Shown: in pieces, positions 39,080 to 47,756 of the stretch
Numbering within the stretch: position 1 is the first letter of the stretch
Layout: the number at the start of each line of letters is the position of its first letter
Made by a program: the position numbers and the translations under genes
Notes under the pieces: model-generated
What the model was told of the DNA's origin: nothing
Seen by the model: only the letters and a program-made list of their open reading frames with translations
The model's database searches: none
Assembly (NCBI GenBank): GCA_041658325.1
Contig: JBBAAI010000001.1
Coordinates: forward strand, 154,869 to 218,868
Source of the DNA: Minisyncoccota bacterium
GTDB taxonomy: Bacteria; Patescibacteriota; Minisyncoccia; Phycocordibacterales; UBA9973
DNA length: 64,000 nt
Reading direction: 5' to 3'

Positions 39080-39532
39080 ATGGAAAAGAAAAATATGAAT
39101 ATAGTTTTAGCTGTTGCAATTTGTTTAGTTTTGGTCGGAGTTTTAATTTTTATCAGTATAAACAATAAAGAAAAGATGCCTTCAAATAATAATGACACAA
39201 CTAGTGCGATTGATAATACAAATTCAGCCGGAGAAGTAGCAAAAGCGGGGGATGTGGTTACTATGAATTATACTGGCCGATTAGAAAATGGTACAGTTTT
39301 TGACTCAAACATAGATCCAAAATTTAATCACGTACAACCTTTCACTTTTACTCTGGGAGCGGGGCAGGTGATTGCTGGTTGGGATAAAGGAATAGTTGGA
39401 ATGAAGGTTGGAGAAAAGAAAATTCTTACTATTGTGCCAGTGGATGCTTATGGAGCGAATGGCGTGGGTGGAGTTATCCCTCCAAATGCTACGTTAATTT
39501 TTGACGTTGAGCTTGTTAGTATTAAAAGATAA
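39080..39532 (+). CDS. FKBP-type peptidyl-prolyl isomerase with N-terminal signal/anchor
   Basis: [14 protein letters not shown]...[30 protein letters not shown]...[11 protein letters not shown]. Confidence 0.85.
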   Translation: [150 protein letters not shown]

Positions 39533-39560
39533 TTTGCCTCGCTAAAAGCGTGGAATTTTT

Positions 39561-40358
39561 ATGGAAATATCAAATAATGAAAAATCATATTTAGTAAAAG
39601 CAATTCTTGTTTTGGTAATTGTCGTATCTTTGTATTTTGCAGTGAAGACCATTGCAGAAATTAAAAGTTACAATTTTATTGGTGGAGGAGCTACTGCTTC
39701 AAATACCATTAGTTTTAGTGGGAAAGGAGAGATTTCAGCTAGCCCTGACTTAGCAACGATTAGTTTTACTATCCGAGAAAATGCTGTGACAATGAAAGAC
39801 GCTCAGTCTAAAGTAACTACCAAAGAAAAGGCCGCGCTTAATTTTTTAGATAAAAGTGGTATTGCAAAGAAAGACATAAAAACAGAGAGTTACAATTCTT
39901 ATCCAAAATATGATTATGGAACTCCATGTTATGGGTACGGAATGCCTTGCAGACAAGAATCACCAAAGATAATTGGTTATGAAGTTTCTGAATATGTTTC
40001 AGTAAAAGTTCGTGATATTGCTAAAGCAGGAGAGATTGTGCAAGAGATTGGAGCTGTTGGAATTTCTGAAATGAATGGTCCAGATTTTTCAATTGATAAA
40101 GAGGATCAATTAAAAGAACAAGCTCGCAAAATGGCTATAGATGAAGCTAAGGCTAAAGCAGAAATTCTCTCTCGTGATCTTGGTGTGCGTCTTGTCCGTA
40201 TTGTAAATTTTTCCGAAAATGGGAATTATCCTATGATGTATGCTGAAGCTGCAATGATGAAAGATAGTGTTGTAAGCGCTTCGAGTCCTGCGCCAGCGCT
40301 TCCAATTGGAGAAAATAAGATTATTTCAAACGTAACAATTACTTACGAAATTAGATAA
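39561..40358 (+). CDS. SIMPL/DUF541 periplasmic protein
   Basis: N-terminal TM; SIMPL-like repeat architecture (ISFSGKGEISASPDLATISFTI...). Confidence 0.6.
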   Translation: MEISNNEKSYLVKAILVLVIVVSLYFAVKTIAEIKSYNFIGGGATASNTISFSGKGEISASPDLATISFTIRENAVTMKDAQSKVTTKEKAALNFLDKSGIAKKDIKTESYNSYPKYDYGTPCYGYGMPCRQESPKIIGYEVSEYVSVKVRDIAKAGEIVQEIGAVGISEMNGPDFSIDKEDQLKEQARKMAIDEAKAKAEILSRDLGVRLVRIVNFSENGNYPMMYAEAAMMKDSVVSASSPAPALPIGENKIISNVTITYEIR

Positions 40359-40411
40359 AGTTCGTTTGCTCTTTTAGGTTGACTATTTTAGAAAAAAGAG
40401 TATTGTTAAAA

Positions 40412-40436
40412 AAGCCCTTGAAAGGGGGCTTTTTTA
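40412..40436 (+). terminator. intrinsic terminator
   Basis: aagcccttgaaagggggcttttttaaaag. Confidence 0.65.
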
Positions 40437-40458
40437 AAAGTTTAGGAGAATAACATAT

Positions 40459-40644
40459 ATGTCAAAAATTATTGAATATTTAAAAGAAACGAAGACAGAA
40501 TTAAAACATGTGGTTTGGCCACCAAGAAGTCAGACTTTATACTATACTTTGATAGTTGTTGTTTTGTCTGTTGTAATTTCATACTATTTAGGCATTTTTG
40601 ATTTTATTTTTTCACAAATCTTACAGAAAATAATCGTTATTTAA
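40459..40644 (+). CDS. secE: preprotein translocase subunit SecE
   Basis: 61 aa single TM; position immediately upstream of nusG. Confidence 0.8.
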   Translation: MSKIIEYLKETKTELKHVVWPPRSQTLYYTLIVVVLSVVISYYLGIFDFIFSQILQKIIVI

Positions 40645-40651
40645 ATTTACA

Positions 40652-41194
40652 ATGAAACAAGAAACATTAGGAGTTAGAAATTGGTATGCTATCCATACTT
40701 ATGCCGGATACGAGAACGTCGTTCTTCGTAATTTGCGTCAGCGCATTGATTCTCTCGGTATGAACGATAAAATTTTCAATGTTATTGTGCCAGTAGAAAA
40801 GAAAATAAAAATTAAAGCTGGTAAAAGAGTGGAAGTAGAAGAAAAAATTTATCCAGGATATGTGTTGGTGGATATGATTGTAACAGACGATTCTTGGTAT
40901 GTTGTTCGCAATACCCCACGCGTGACTGGTTTCGTCGGGGCGGGAGTGAACCCTGTTCCTCTTAAAAAAGAAGAAGTGGATTATTTGTTTAAAAAGATGG
41001 ATGCTGGTACGACTAAACACAATATTGATTTAGCGATTGGTGAAACTGTACGCATTGCGGATGGACCGTTTAAGGATCTCGAGGGTAAAGTTAACTCAAT
41101 AGATCAGGATCGAGGTAAGGTAAAAGTTCTTGTTTCAATGTTCGGTCGGGAAACTCCAGTAGAACTTGATTTCTTGCAAGTTAAGAAAATTTAA
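40652..41194 (+). CDS. nusG: transcription termination/antitermination factor NusG
   Basis: NGN domain WYAIHTYAGYENVV; C-terminal KOW. Confidence 0.9.
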   Translation: MKQETLGVRNWYAIHTYAGYENVVLRNLRQRIDSLGMNDKIFNVIVPVEKKIKIKAGKRVEVEEKIYPGYVLVDMIVTDDSWYVVRNTPRVTGFVGAGVNPVPLKKEEVDYLFKKMDAGTTKHNIDLAIGETVRIADGPFKDLEGKVNSIDQDRGKVKVLVSMFGRETPVELDFLQVKKI

Positions 41195-41211
41195 GCTAAT
41201 CTAAAAAATAT

Positions 41212-41637
41212 ATGGCAAAAAAGATAACTAAAAAAATAAAACTACAAATTCAGGCTGCGAAAGCAACTCCAGCGCCACCTTTAGGGCCCGCTCTCGGTCA
41301 GGCTGGTATTAATATTGGAGATTTCGTTACCAAGTTTAATGCTGTCACGGCTAAAATGGCCGGAGACAAAGTCGGTGTTTCTATCACTGTTTACGAAGAT
41401 CGCAGTTATGACTTCGTTGTTAAAACCCCTCCCGTAACTGGTTTAATTCTAAAAGCAGCTGGAGTAGAAAAAGGTTCAGGCAAAAACGCCTCAACTAAAG
41501 TTGGAAAAATAACTAAAGCTCAAGCGCTTGAAATCGCCAATAAGAAACGCGTAGATTTGAATGCTAAAGATGACGAAGGAGCTATCAACATTATTGCTGG
41601 TTCCGCTCGAAGTATGGGCATTGAAATTAAAGACTAA
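41212..41637 (+). CDS. rplK: 50S ribosomal protein L11
   Basis: [27 protein letters not shown] typical L11. Confidence 0.9.
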   Translation: MAKKITKKIKLQIQAAKATPAPPLGPALGQAGINIGDFVTKFNAVTAKMAGDKVGVSITVYEDRSYDFVVKTPPVTGLILKAAGVEKGSGKNASTKVGKITKAQALEIANKKRVDLNAKDDEGAINIIAGSARSMGIEIKD

Positions 41638-41645
41638 AAGAAAAG

Positions 41646-41675
41646 CCAACGGGAACGTTGGCTTTTTGCTTGATG
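41646..41675 (+). terminator. intrinsic terminator after rplK
   Basis: aaagccaacg ggaa cgttggcttttt. Confidence 0.7.
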
Positions 41676-41691
41676 GGGGTATAATTGTGTT

Positions 41692-42195
41692 ATGAAAAAA
41701 GAAACTAAAAAAGTAGCCAAGCACAAAAGGCCATCTTGGGATGAATATTTCTTACAATTAGCAGAAATAGTCGGGTCTCGTGGAACTTGTGATAGGGGTA
41801 GGGCTGGAGCAGTTATCGTTAAAGATAAAAGAATTTTAGCTACTGGTTATGTTGGGGCGCCCGTGGGGCTTCCAAGTTGTGACGACATAGGACATGAAAT
41901 GCATACAGTTAAAAATGAAGACGGTTCTGAGTCTAGACACTGCATCAGAACTTCACATGCAGAACAAAATGCGATAAACAACGCAGCTAGAGTAGGAGTC
42001 GCAGTAGAAGAAAGCACGATGTATTGCAAAATGGCTCCATGCTATAAATGCGCGCAAAGTATTATTAATTCAGGGATTGTTCGTATTGTGGCCATGAAAG
42101 ATTATCATGGGGCGAACAGAACAAAGGAAATTTTTAAACAAGCCAAAATCAAACTAAGTATTTTGGGAGAAATGCAAATTTATAAAGATATGTAA
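41692..42195 (+). CDS. dCMP deaminase (cytidine/deoxycytidylate deaminase family)
   Basis: Zinc-binding HAEQNAI and PCYKC motifs. Confidence 0.8.
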   Translation: MKKETKKVAKHKRPSWDEYFLQLAEIVGSRGTCDRGRAGAVIVKDKRILATGYVGAPVGLPSCDDIGHEMHTVKNEDGSESRHCIRTSHAEQNAINNAARVGVAVEESTMYCKMAPCYKCAQSIINSGIVRIVAMKDYHGANRTKEIFKQAKIKLSILGEMQIYKDM

Positions 42196-42199
42196 TTTT

Positions 42200-42748
42200 A
42201 TGAAAATTATTCTAGGTTTAGTCGGATCACTAGCCAGCGGGAAAGATACCACAAAAAAATATTTGGCAGAAAAATATGGAGCCAAAGATTGCAAATTTTC
42301 TAGTATTTTACGTGATGTTTTAAATAGAATTACTGTTCCAGTCAGTCGAGAAAATATGCAGAACCTCTCAACTGTTTTAAGGGCGAATTTTGGAGAAAAT
42401 TTATTGGCAAGAGTAATTGCGAATGATGCTTCCAAGCTTTATGCTGAGATTGTGGTTATTGATGGCGTCCGAAGACCTACTGATATTGAACATTTAATTA
42501 AACTACCAAACTTTTTTTTAATAAAAATTGATGCTGACCCGCATTTGAGATATGAGAGAATGATAAAAAGAAATGAAAACGAGGGAGATGATAAAAAATC
42601 TTACGAGCAATTTCTAAAAGATCATGAAGCTGAAGCAGACAGCCTGATTCCAGTCGTGATGGAATCCGCAAAATATTCTATTGAAAATAGTGGTAGTTTG
42701 GAAGATTTATATAAACAAATAGATGAAATAATTAAGAAACTTTCCTAA
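42200..42748 (+). CDS. deoxynucleoside monophosphate kinase-like P-loop kinase (phage T4 gp1-like)
   Basis: MKIILGLVGSLASGKDTT closely parallels the T4 dNMP kinase N-terminus MKLIFLSGVKRSGKDTT. Confidence 0.5.
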   Translation: MKIILGLVGSLASGKDTTKKYLAEKYGAKDCKFSSILRDVLNRITVPVSRENMQNLSTVLRANFGENLLARVIANDASKLYAEIVVIDGVRRPTDIEHLIKLPNFFLIKIDADPHLRYERMIKRNENEGDDKKSYEQFLKDHEAEADSLIPVVMESAKYSIENSGSLEDLYKQIDEIIKKLS

Positions 42749-42755
42749 TTATTTT

Positions 42756-44111
42756 CTATTTTAGAACAATATCGTGTTCTCCTCTTTTGATATCAAATCG
42801 GTCTATTTCTTTATCTAAATGTATTACTAACCCAAATTTTCCAAAAAGGTTGAGCAAAGAATCAGCCATCATTTTGGCTTTTTTCCTTAAGGTAGGATGT
42901 ACGAATCTTGTAGCTCGTAATTCCGTTAAATACACCAAAGCGGGGATTCCGCCAGTTAATCTATTTGAAATATTATATCCCATAGCCAGATAGTATTGTC
43001 TTTCCTCTTTAGAAACATTTATTTTTTTGATTTTATCTTCTTGTTTTTCTAAAAATAATTTTGCTTTAGTTCTTAATTCTTCGGGTAGTTCCTCCAGATA
43101 CCATTTTTCGAAACCGATTTCTGGGGTTAAAAGAGGCATTCTTTGAATAACGGCGCGATGTCTTTGGATGTCGCGAAACGATCCGAAATCAAGAAGAAAT
43201 TCAAATTGCAAAGTTCCAGCTTCGCTCAAGTATTTCGGTAATTCTGTTTTTGCAGGTCTATTTTCTAGAATTTTTTTCAGCAATAAACTGGTGTTTATAG
43301 AATTATTCACCATTTTAAAATCTGGACAATTTTTATCGTGATAATAGTAATCTTTTTCCATCCATTCTTTGTTATAATTTTCCGTATTCTCGTAGTGTTC
43401 ATGTCCAAACGAGTTTGGAAAAGCTAAACGCAAAGCCTCTTCTATCGCTTCAGCAACATTTTTAACTTCCTCAAGTGGATGATGACGGAGTAGCATTACT
43501 TTATCCGCTGCTTGTCTTAAATTTGTATGCCAAGCCAAATTTGTTGTTGACCCAGCCGGTAAAAATCCTCTTAATATATCAAAAGCTCTGGCGCTGATAG
43601 CTTTGTCATAAATGATTTCTTTTTCTCCTTCGCCTAGGGGAAATTGTGCCTTTAAATATTTCTTAGTTGGTTCTAATGCTTCAATATAAAACTTTCTGTA
43701 AGCTTCCAATATTTCTTCTCCTTCTTTTGTGCCTAGTGGATTTTTAAATGGTTGAGTTTGAAAATCAATATATCTTGTTGAGGATTCTTGTCCGGAATAT
43801 AAAGGCCAGTCTTGTATGGCTTTCGCTACTAACATTGAAACCCCTTCAATAAATATTGAAGTAGTACCGCAGTCGCCGATAGATTTGTGCCCATAGCCGA
43901 CATAAAAGTTTTTCATAAAATTCTCCGGTCCTTTTTCTGAAAGAATTTTCAAATGATTTTTGAGTCCTCCAGTAGAACGAGAGTGAAGAGCCTGGAGCAT
44001 CGCAGCTGATTCTGGTCCGATGACCGAGCCGGTATCTAAAACGATAACTACGCCGCCTCCTTTTATTTGTGTTTCTGAATGTTTAAGTTCTTCGAGATTT
44101 TTATTTGCCAT
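42756..44111 (-). CDS. ThyX-like flavin-dependent thymidylate synthase, unusually long (451 aa, possibly duplicated domain)
   Basis: RHR motif (FRDIQRHRAVIQR) and S-x-RY (ESSTRYIDF) reminiscent of ThyX; context with dCMP deaminase and dNMP kinase. Motif order is atypical, so the call is tentative. Confidence 0.4.
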   Translation of the reverse strand: MANKNLEELKHSETQIKGGGVVIVLDTGSVIGPESAAMLQALHSRSTGGLKNHLKILSEKGPENFMKNFYVGYGHKSIGDCGTTSIFIEGVSMLVAKAIQDWPLYSGQESSTRYIDFQTQPFKNPLGTKEGEEILEAYRKFYIEALEPTKKYLKAQFPLGEGEKEIIYDKAISARAFDILRGFLPAGSTTNLAWHTNLRQAADKVMLLRHHPLEEVKNVAEAIEEALRLAFPNSFGHEHYENTENYNKEWMEKDYYYHDKNCPDFKMVNNSINTSLLLKKILENRPAKTELPKYLSEAGTLQFEFLLDFGSFRDIQRHRAVIQRMPLLTPEIGFEKWYLEELPEELRTKAKLFLEKQEDKIKKINVSKEERQYYLAMGYNISNRLTGGIPALVYLTELRATRFVHPTLRKKAKMMADSLLNLFGKFGLVIHLDKEIDRFDIKRGEHDIVLK

Positions 44112-44223
44112 GTTTTCAGTATAACTTTTTTGCTTGATTTAATAAAACATTGACAAATAAAGGCAGAAATGCTACTCTTTTAATATCATTCTCATCTCTA
44201 ATACATTTTGGGAGTGACCCATT

Positions 44224-45495
44224 ATGTATACACACAAAACGGCTCATCCGAAGAAATTTGGAGGCCACACTACTTTTAAAGTGAAACCGCGTTTTGGCGC
44301 GAGTAAATCCGTCCGTCGCCCACACGGTGTTTTTAACGGTTCCCGTTTTAAAAAGGGTGGAAGTAAAAAATCTCGCGGTGAACATATAGATTTTTCACGT
44401 TTCATAAAAAAAGGAACGCACGTAGAAGAAAAGCCATATGTGGCGAAACATACTTTTGCTGATTTTCCTTTTGCTCCGCAACTGCATAAAAATATTGAAA
44501 GGGCAGGATTTAAAGATCCTCGTCCGATACAAGATCAAGCCATTCCGTCAGTCATGAAAGGGCATGATGTTTTCGGCATGGCGAATACTGGTACAGGCAA
44601 GACCGCAGCATTCTTACTTCCGCTTATAGAGAAAATTTATAAAACAAAAGGGCAGAGTAAAAGAGAAACCGTGCTTATCATGGCACCGACGCGCGAGCTC
44701 GCGCTACAAATAGAAAGTGATTTTAAAAATCTCGCTTTTGGTTTCGGTATGTTTTCTGTCGCCTGTGTGGGAGGACTTCCGATCATGAAACAAATTCGCG
44801 AAATAAAAATGGGAGTTTCGTTTATTATCGGTACGCCGGGGCGTTTGCGGGATTTAATAGATAAAAAAGTTTTAGATCTAACTACTTGTCATTCTGTGGT
44901 GCTCGATGAGGCAGATCGAATGCTCGATATGGGTTTTCGTGATGATATGGTTTATATAATTGGTAAGACAGCGAAAGAAAGACAAACCCTTTTCTTCTCT
45001 GCGACCCTTTCTCCAGAAATTAAAAAATTAACCGAACATTATTTAAAAGAACCAATTTTTATTTCGGTTATTTCTGGCGAGACGGCAAAAAATATTGATC
45101 AAGATGTTATTCGGGTGAAAAGTACTGCCGAAAAAATAGAAAAGCTACACGAAGTTTTGAAAAAAGACGGTTCGGACAAAGTTCTCATTTTTCGAGAGAT
45201 GAAACACAGTGTGGATACACTAGCGAAAGAGCTTGCGCATATGGGTTTCAAAGTCGGGGCGATTCATGGCGACAAAAGAAGTCGTGAGCGTATCCGTATT
45301 CTTGATTCATTCAAAAAAGATAAAATTAATATTTTGATTGCGACTGACGTCGCTGCACGCGGACTGGATATCCCAGACGTGACGCATGTTATCAATTACG
45401 ACGTGCCACAAACTTACGATACTTATGTGCACCGCATCGGCCGAACTGGCCGCTCTGGTAAAAAGGGAAATGCCTTAACCTTTGTTCCTGCGTAA
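44224..45495 (+). CDS. DEAD-box ATP-dependent RNA helicase with basic N-terminal extension
   Basis: Q-motif, GTGKTAAF, DEAD (VLDEADRM), SAT, HRIGRTGR motifs. Confidence 0.85.
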   Translation: MYTHKTAHPKKFGGHTTFKVKPRFGASKSVRRPHGVFNGSRFKKGGSKKSRGEHIDFSRFIKKGTHVEEKPYVAKHTFADFPFAPQLHKNIERAGFKDPRPIQDQAIPSVMKGHDVFGMANTGTGKTAAFLLPLIEKIYKTKGQSKRETVLIMAPTRELALQIESDFKNLAFGFGMFSVACVGGLPIMKQIREIKMGVSFIIGTPGRLRDLIDKKVLDLTTCHSVVLDEADRMLDMGFRDDMVYIIGKTAKERQTLFFSATLSPEIKKLTEHYLKEPIFISVISGETAKNIDQDVIRVKSTAEKIEKLHEVLKKDGSDKVLIFREMKHSVDTLAKELAHMGFKVGAIHGDKRSRERIRILDSFKKDKINILIATDVAARGLDIPDVTHVINYDVPQTYDTYVHRIGRTGRSGKKGNALTFVPA

Positions 45496-45544
45496 AAACA
45501 AATTTTTTAGTGGTATTGCAAAAAAAATAATATATGCTAAATTA

Positions 45545-45850
45545 ATTTCCAGATGCACAACAGGTTAGCCATCGTCTTATTCGTCGTCCTTCGACCTCTA
45601 GGGGCCAGGACAAAACCAGTCATCAGGCTGCAACCCAAGAGGTAGTAGCCAACACAAAGAAAGAGAGGTGTAACCTCGGCGGGCGCAAGTGGATTGGGAC
45701 TCCACAATCACGTGATCGGGTTCGACTCCCGCATCCATGGCAACATGGAAGGGCTGTGGTTAAGTCCGCTACGAACAAGAAAATCCGAAATCCCCGGAAC
45801 CAAGAACCAAGGGGGTGCTGGCAAGCCGGCACCCCCTAATTTTTTTTAAT
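45545..45850 (+). ncRNA. unassigned ~300-nt structured RNA with own promoter and terminator; contains tRNA-like T-arm (candidate tmRNA-like or other)
   Basis: Sigma70-like ttgcaa-N17-tatgct at about 45513-45536; GC-rich body; GGGUUCGACUCCCG T-arm-like hairpin (45717-45731); ccatg GCAA catgg GNRA hairpin; terminal gggggtgctggcaagccggcaccccc + T8 terminator; no long ORF. Confidence 0.4.
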
Positions 45851-45856
45851 TAACTA

Positions 45857-45884
45857 AAAAATCCACCACTGGTGGATTTTTGTT
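45857..45884 (-). terminator. intrinsic terminator after rpmB
   Basis: aaaaatccacca(g/c)tggtggattttt palindromic hairpin flanked by A/T runs. Confidence 0.7.
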
Positions 45885-45885
45885 T

Positions 45886-46137
45886 TTATTTTGCTTGTAT
45901 TAGTTCGGCCTTGAGGAGGGTGGCGTAGACGCCGTTTTTGTTCATGGTGCGTATGCCACGAGCGGAGATTTCAATATTTACAGTTTTATTTAATTCAGGC
46001 ACAAAAAAGCGCTTCTTTTGAAGATTTGGATATTTTCTCTTTTTGCCGGTCGGGTTAAATTTCGTGGCACGAGTCCTGTTTGAGTATCCGCCTCCGACGA
46101 TTGAACCCTTTTTTGTTATTGCACATACTTTCTTCAT
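45886..46137 (-). CDS. rpmB: 50S ribosomal protein L28
   Basis: 83 aa; MKKVCAITKKGSIVGGGYSNRTRATKF typical L28. Confidence 0.8.
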   Translation of the reverse strand: MKKVCAITKKGSIVGGGYSNRTRATKFNPTGKKRKYPNLQKKRFFVPELNKTVNIEISARGIRTMNKNGVYATLLKAELIQAK

Positions 46138-46169
46138 AGTTTTTTTATGTTATCATTAGAAACATCATT

Positions 46170-46790
46170 ATGCAAGGAACTGATGCAATTTTTTATATAG
46201 TCATACTTATCATGTCTGTGGTGATTCACGAAGTTTCGCACGGTTTTATGGCGGAATATTTTGGTGACGATACTGCCAGAAACGCAGGACGCCTTACCCT
46301 AAACCCCATCAAGCACCTAGATTTATTTGGTTCGATTCTTTTGCCAGCAGTTTTAATATTATCGAAAGCCGGTTTTGTTTTTGGTTGGGCAAAACCTGTA
46401 CCTTACAATCCAAATAATTTAAGTAACAGAAAATGGGGGACCTTGGCTGTCGCTTCGGCTGGTGTTCTGGCTAACTTTTTTATTGCTATTATTTTCGGAA
46501 TAATTATTCGTATTTCTTCTAACTTTGTTTTACCTTCTGGTTTTTATTTTATAACTTCTGCCATTGTAATCGTTAATTTAGCTTTAGGTATTTTTAATTT
46601 AGTACCGATTCCACCTCTTGATGGTTCTAAGATACTTTTTTCTTTTTTGCCAGAGAGAGCTTTTTCTTTTATTCTCGTTTATGAACAATATTCATTAATA
46701 TTATTGCTTGTTTTTATCGTTTTCTTTTCGGATTCCTTGTATCCTATATTAGCTTTTCTTTTTAATCTCATTACCGGTCTTGCTTTTTAG
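46170..46790 (+). CDS. site-2 protease family (M50) zinc metalloprotease, membrane
   Basis: HExxH (VIHEVSHGF) in TM1 and [10 protein letters not shown] motif; about 6 TM. Confidence 0.75.
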   Translation: MQGTDAIFYIVILIMSVVIHEVSHGFMAEYFGDDTARNAGRLTLNPIKHLDLFGSILLPAVLILSKAGFVFGWAKPVPYNPNNLSNRKWGTLAVASAGVLANFFIAIIFGIIIRISSNFVLPSGFYFITSAIVIVNLALGIFNLVPIPPLDGSKILFSFLPERAFSFILVYEQYSLILLLVFIVFFSDSLYPILAFLFNLITGLAF

Positions 46791-46843
46791 TTTATTTAAT
46801 AGTATATTCTTTTTATAGTCCTATGGGGCTATTTTGTTTACTT

Positions 46844-47269
46844 ATGCCAACAATCAACCAATTAATTAAGAAAAATAGAACAAAGATGCATGCCAAACAC
46901 AAGACGGTGGCTCTGGCTCGTGGCTTTAACGTTCTTAAAAACAGGCCAGTATTTTTTCCTTCACCTTTCAAGCGTGGTGTTTGCACGAAAGTTTCAACGA
47001 CTACTCCTAAAAAACCAAACTCCGCTCTACGAAAGATAGCGAGAGTGCGATTGACTAACGGTATGGAAGTAACTGCTTATATTCCGGGCGAAGGACACAA
47101 TTTACAAGAACACTCTGTGGTCATGCTTCGTGGAGGACGTGTGAAAGACTTGATCGGAGTACGATATCACATCGTGCGTGGAGTCCTTGATACTCAAGGG
47201 GTTGAAAAGCGTCGACAAGGTAGATCACTTTATGGAAATAAGAAGCCTAGAAAAGAAGCTAAAAAATAA
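46844..47269 (+). CDS. rpsL: 30S ribosomal protein S12
   Basis: [10 protein letters not shown] start; conserved [10 protein letters not shown]. Confidence 0.95.
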   Translation: MPTINQLIKKNRTKMHAKHKTVALARGFNVLKNRPVFFPSPFKRGVCTKVSTTTPKKPNSALRKIARVRLTNGMEVTAYIPGEGHNLQEHSVVMLRGGRVKDLIGVRYHIVRGVLDTQGVEKRRQGRSLYGNKKPRKEAKK

Positions 47270-47279
47270 ATAATATTTT

Positions 47280-47750
47280 ATGCGAAGAAAAGTAAAAAAT
47301 AGAAATACAGTAGGACCAGATTTTGTATACAATTCTCAAAAACTAGAGAAGTTCATTAACTATGTCATGTGGTCTGGCAAAAAAGAAACTGCTCGCAAAG
47401 TAATGTATCAGGCCTTTGATGTCATCAAAGAAAAGACAGGTAATCCAAATCCATTAGAAATTTTTGATTTAGCCCTAAGAAATGCTGGCCCTTTGACAGA
47501 AGTACGATCAAAAAGAATCGGAGGAGCAAACTATCAGGTTCCTGTTGAAGTAAGAGCAGAGAGACGCGTGGCTTTAGCTATGCGCTGGATCCGGGATGCT
47601 GCGCGCGGAGGCAAAGGGCGCCCAATGCACTTGAAACTTGCTGATGAACTTATCGCTGTATCAAAGAACGAAGGCGCAGCCATTAAAAAGAAAGAAGATA
47701 CGCACAAAATGGCAGAAGCCAACAAAGCTTTTGCCCATTTCGCTTGGTAA
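47280..47750 (+). CDS. rpsG: 30S ribosomal protein S7
   Basis: 156 aa; S7 consensus RIGGANYQVPVEV. Confidence 0.95.
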   Translation: MRRKVKNRNTVGPDFVYNSQKLEKFINYVMWSGKKETARKVMYQAFDVIKEKTGNPNPLEIFDLALRNAGPLTEVRSKRIGGANYQVPVEVRAERRVALAMRWIRDAARGGKGRPMHLKLADELIAVSKNEGAAIKKKEDTHKMAEANKAFAHFAW

Positions 47751-47756
47751 AAATAT

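Noticed and set aside
44116-44385. 89-aa minus ORF upstream of the DEAD-box helicase gene
   Set aside because: It overlaps the helicase N-terminal basic extension in antisense and has no homology signal. Likely spurious.
45545-45850. Firm call of tmRNA (ssrA) or RNase P RNA for the GC-rich RNA locus
   Set aside because: The T-arm is tmRNA-like, but no 5' GGGG acceptor partner, no tag reading frame ending in AA-stop, and no RNase P P4 consensus (GGAAAGUCCGGGC / ACAGAAxCCGGCUUA) could be found on either strand. Left as an unassigned ncRNA candidate.
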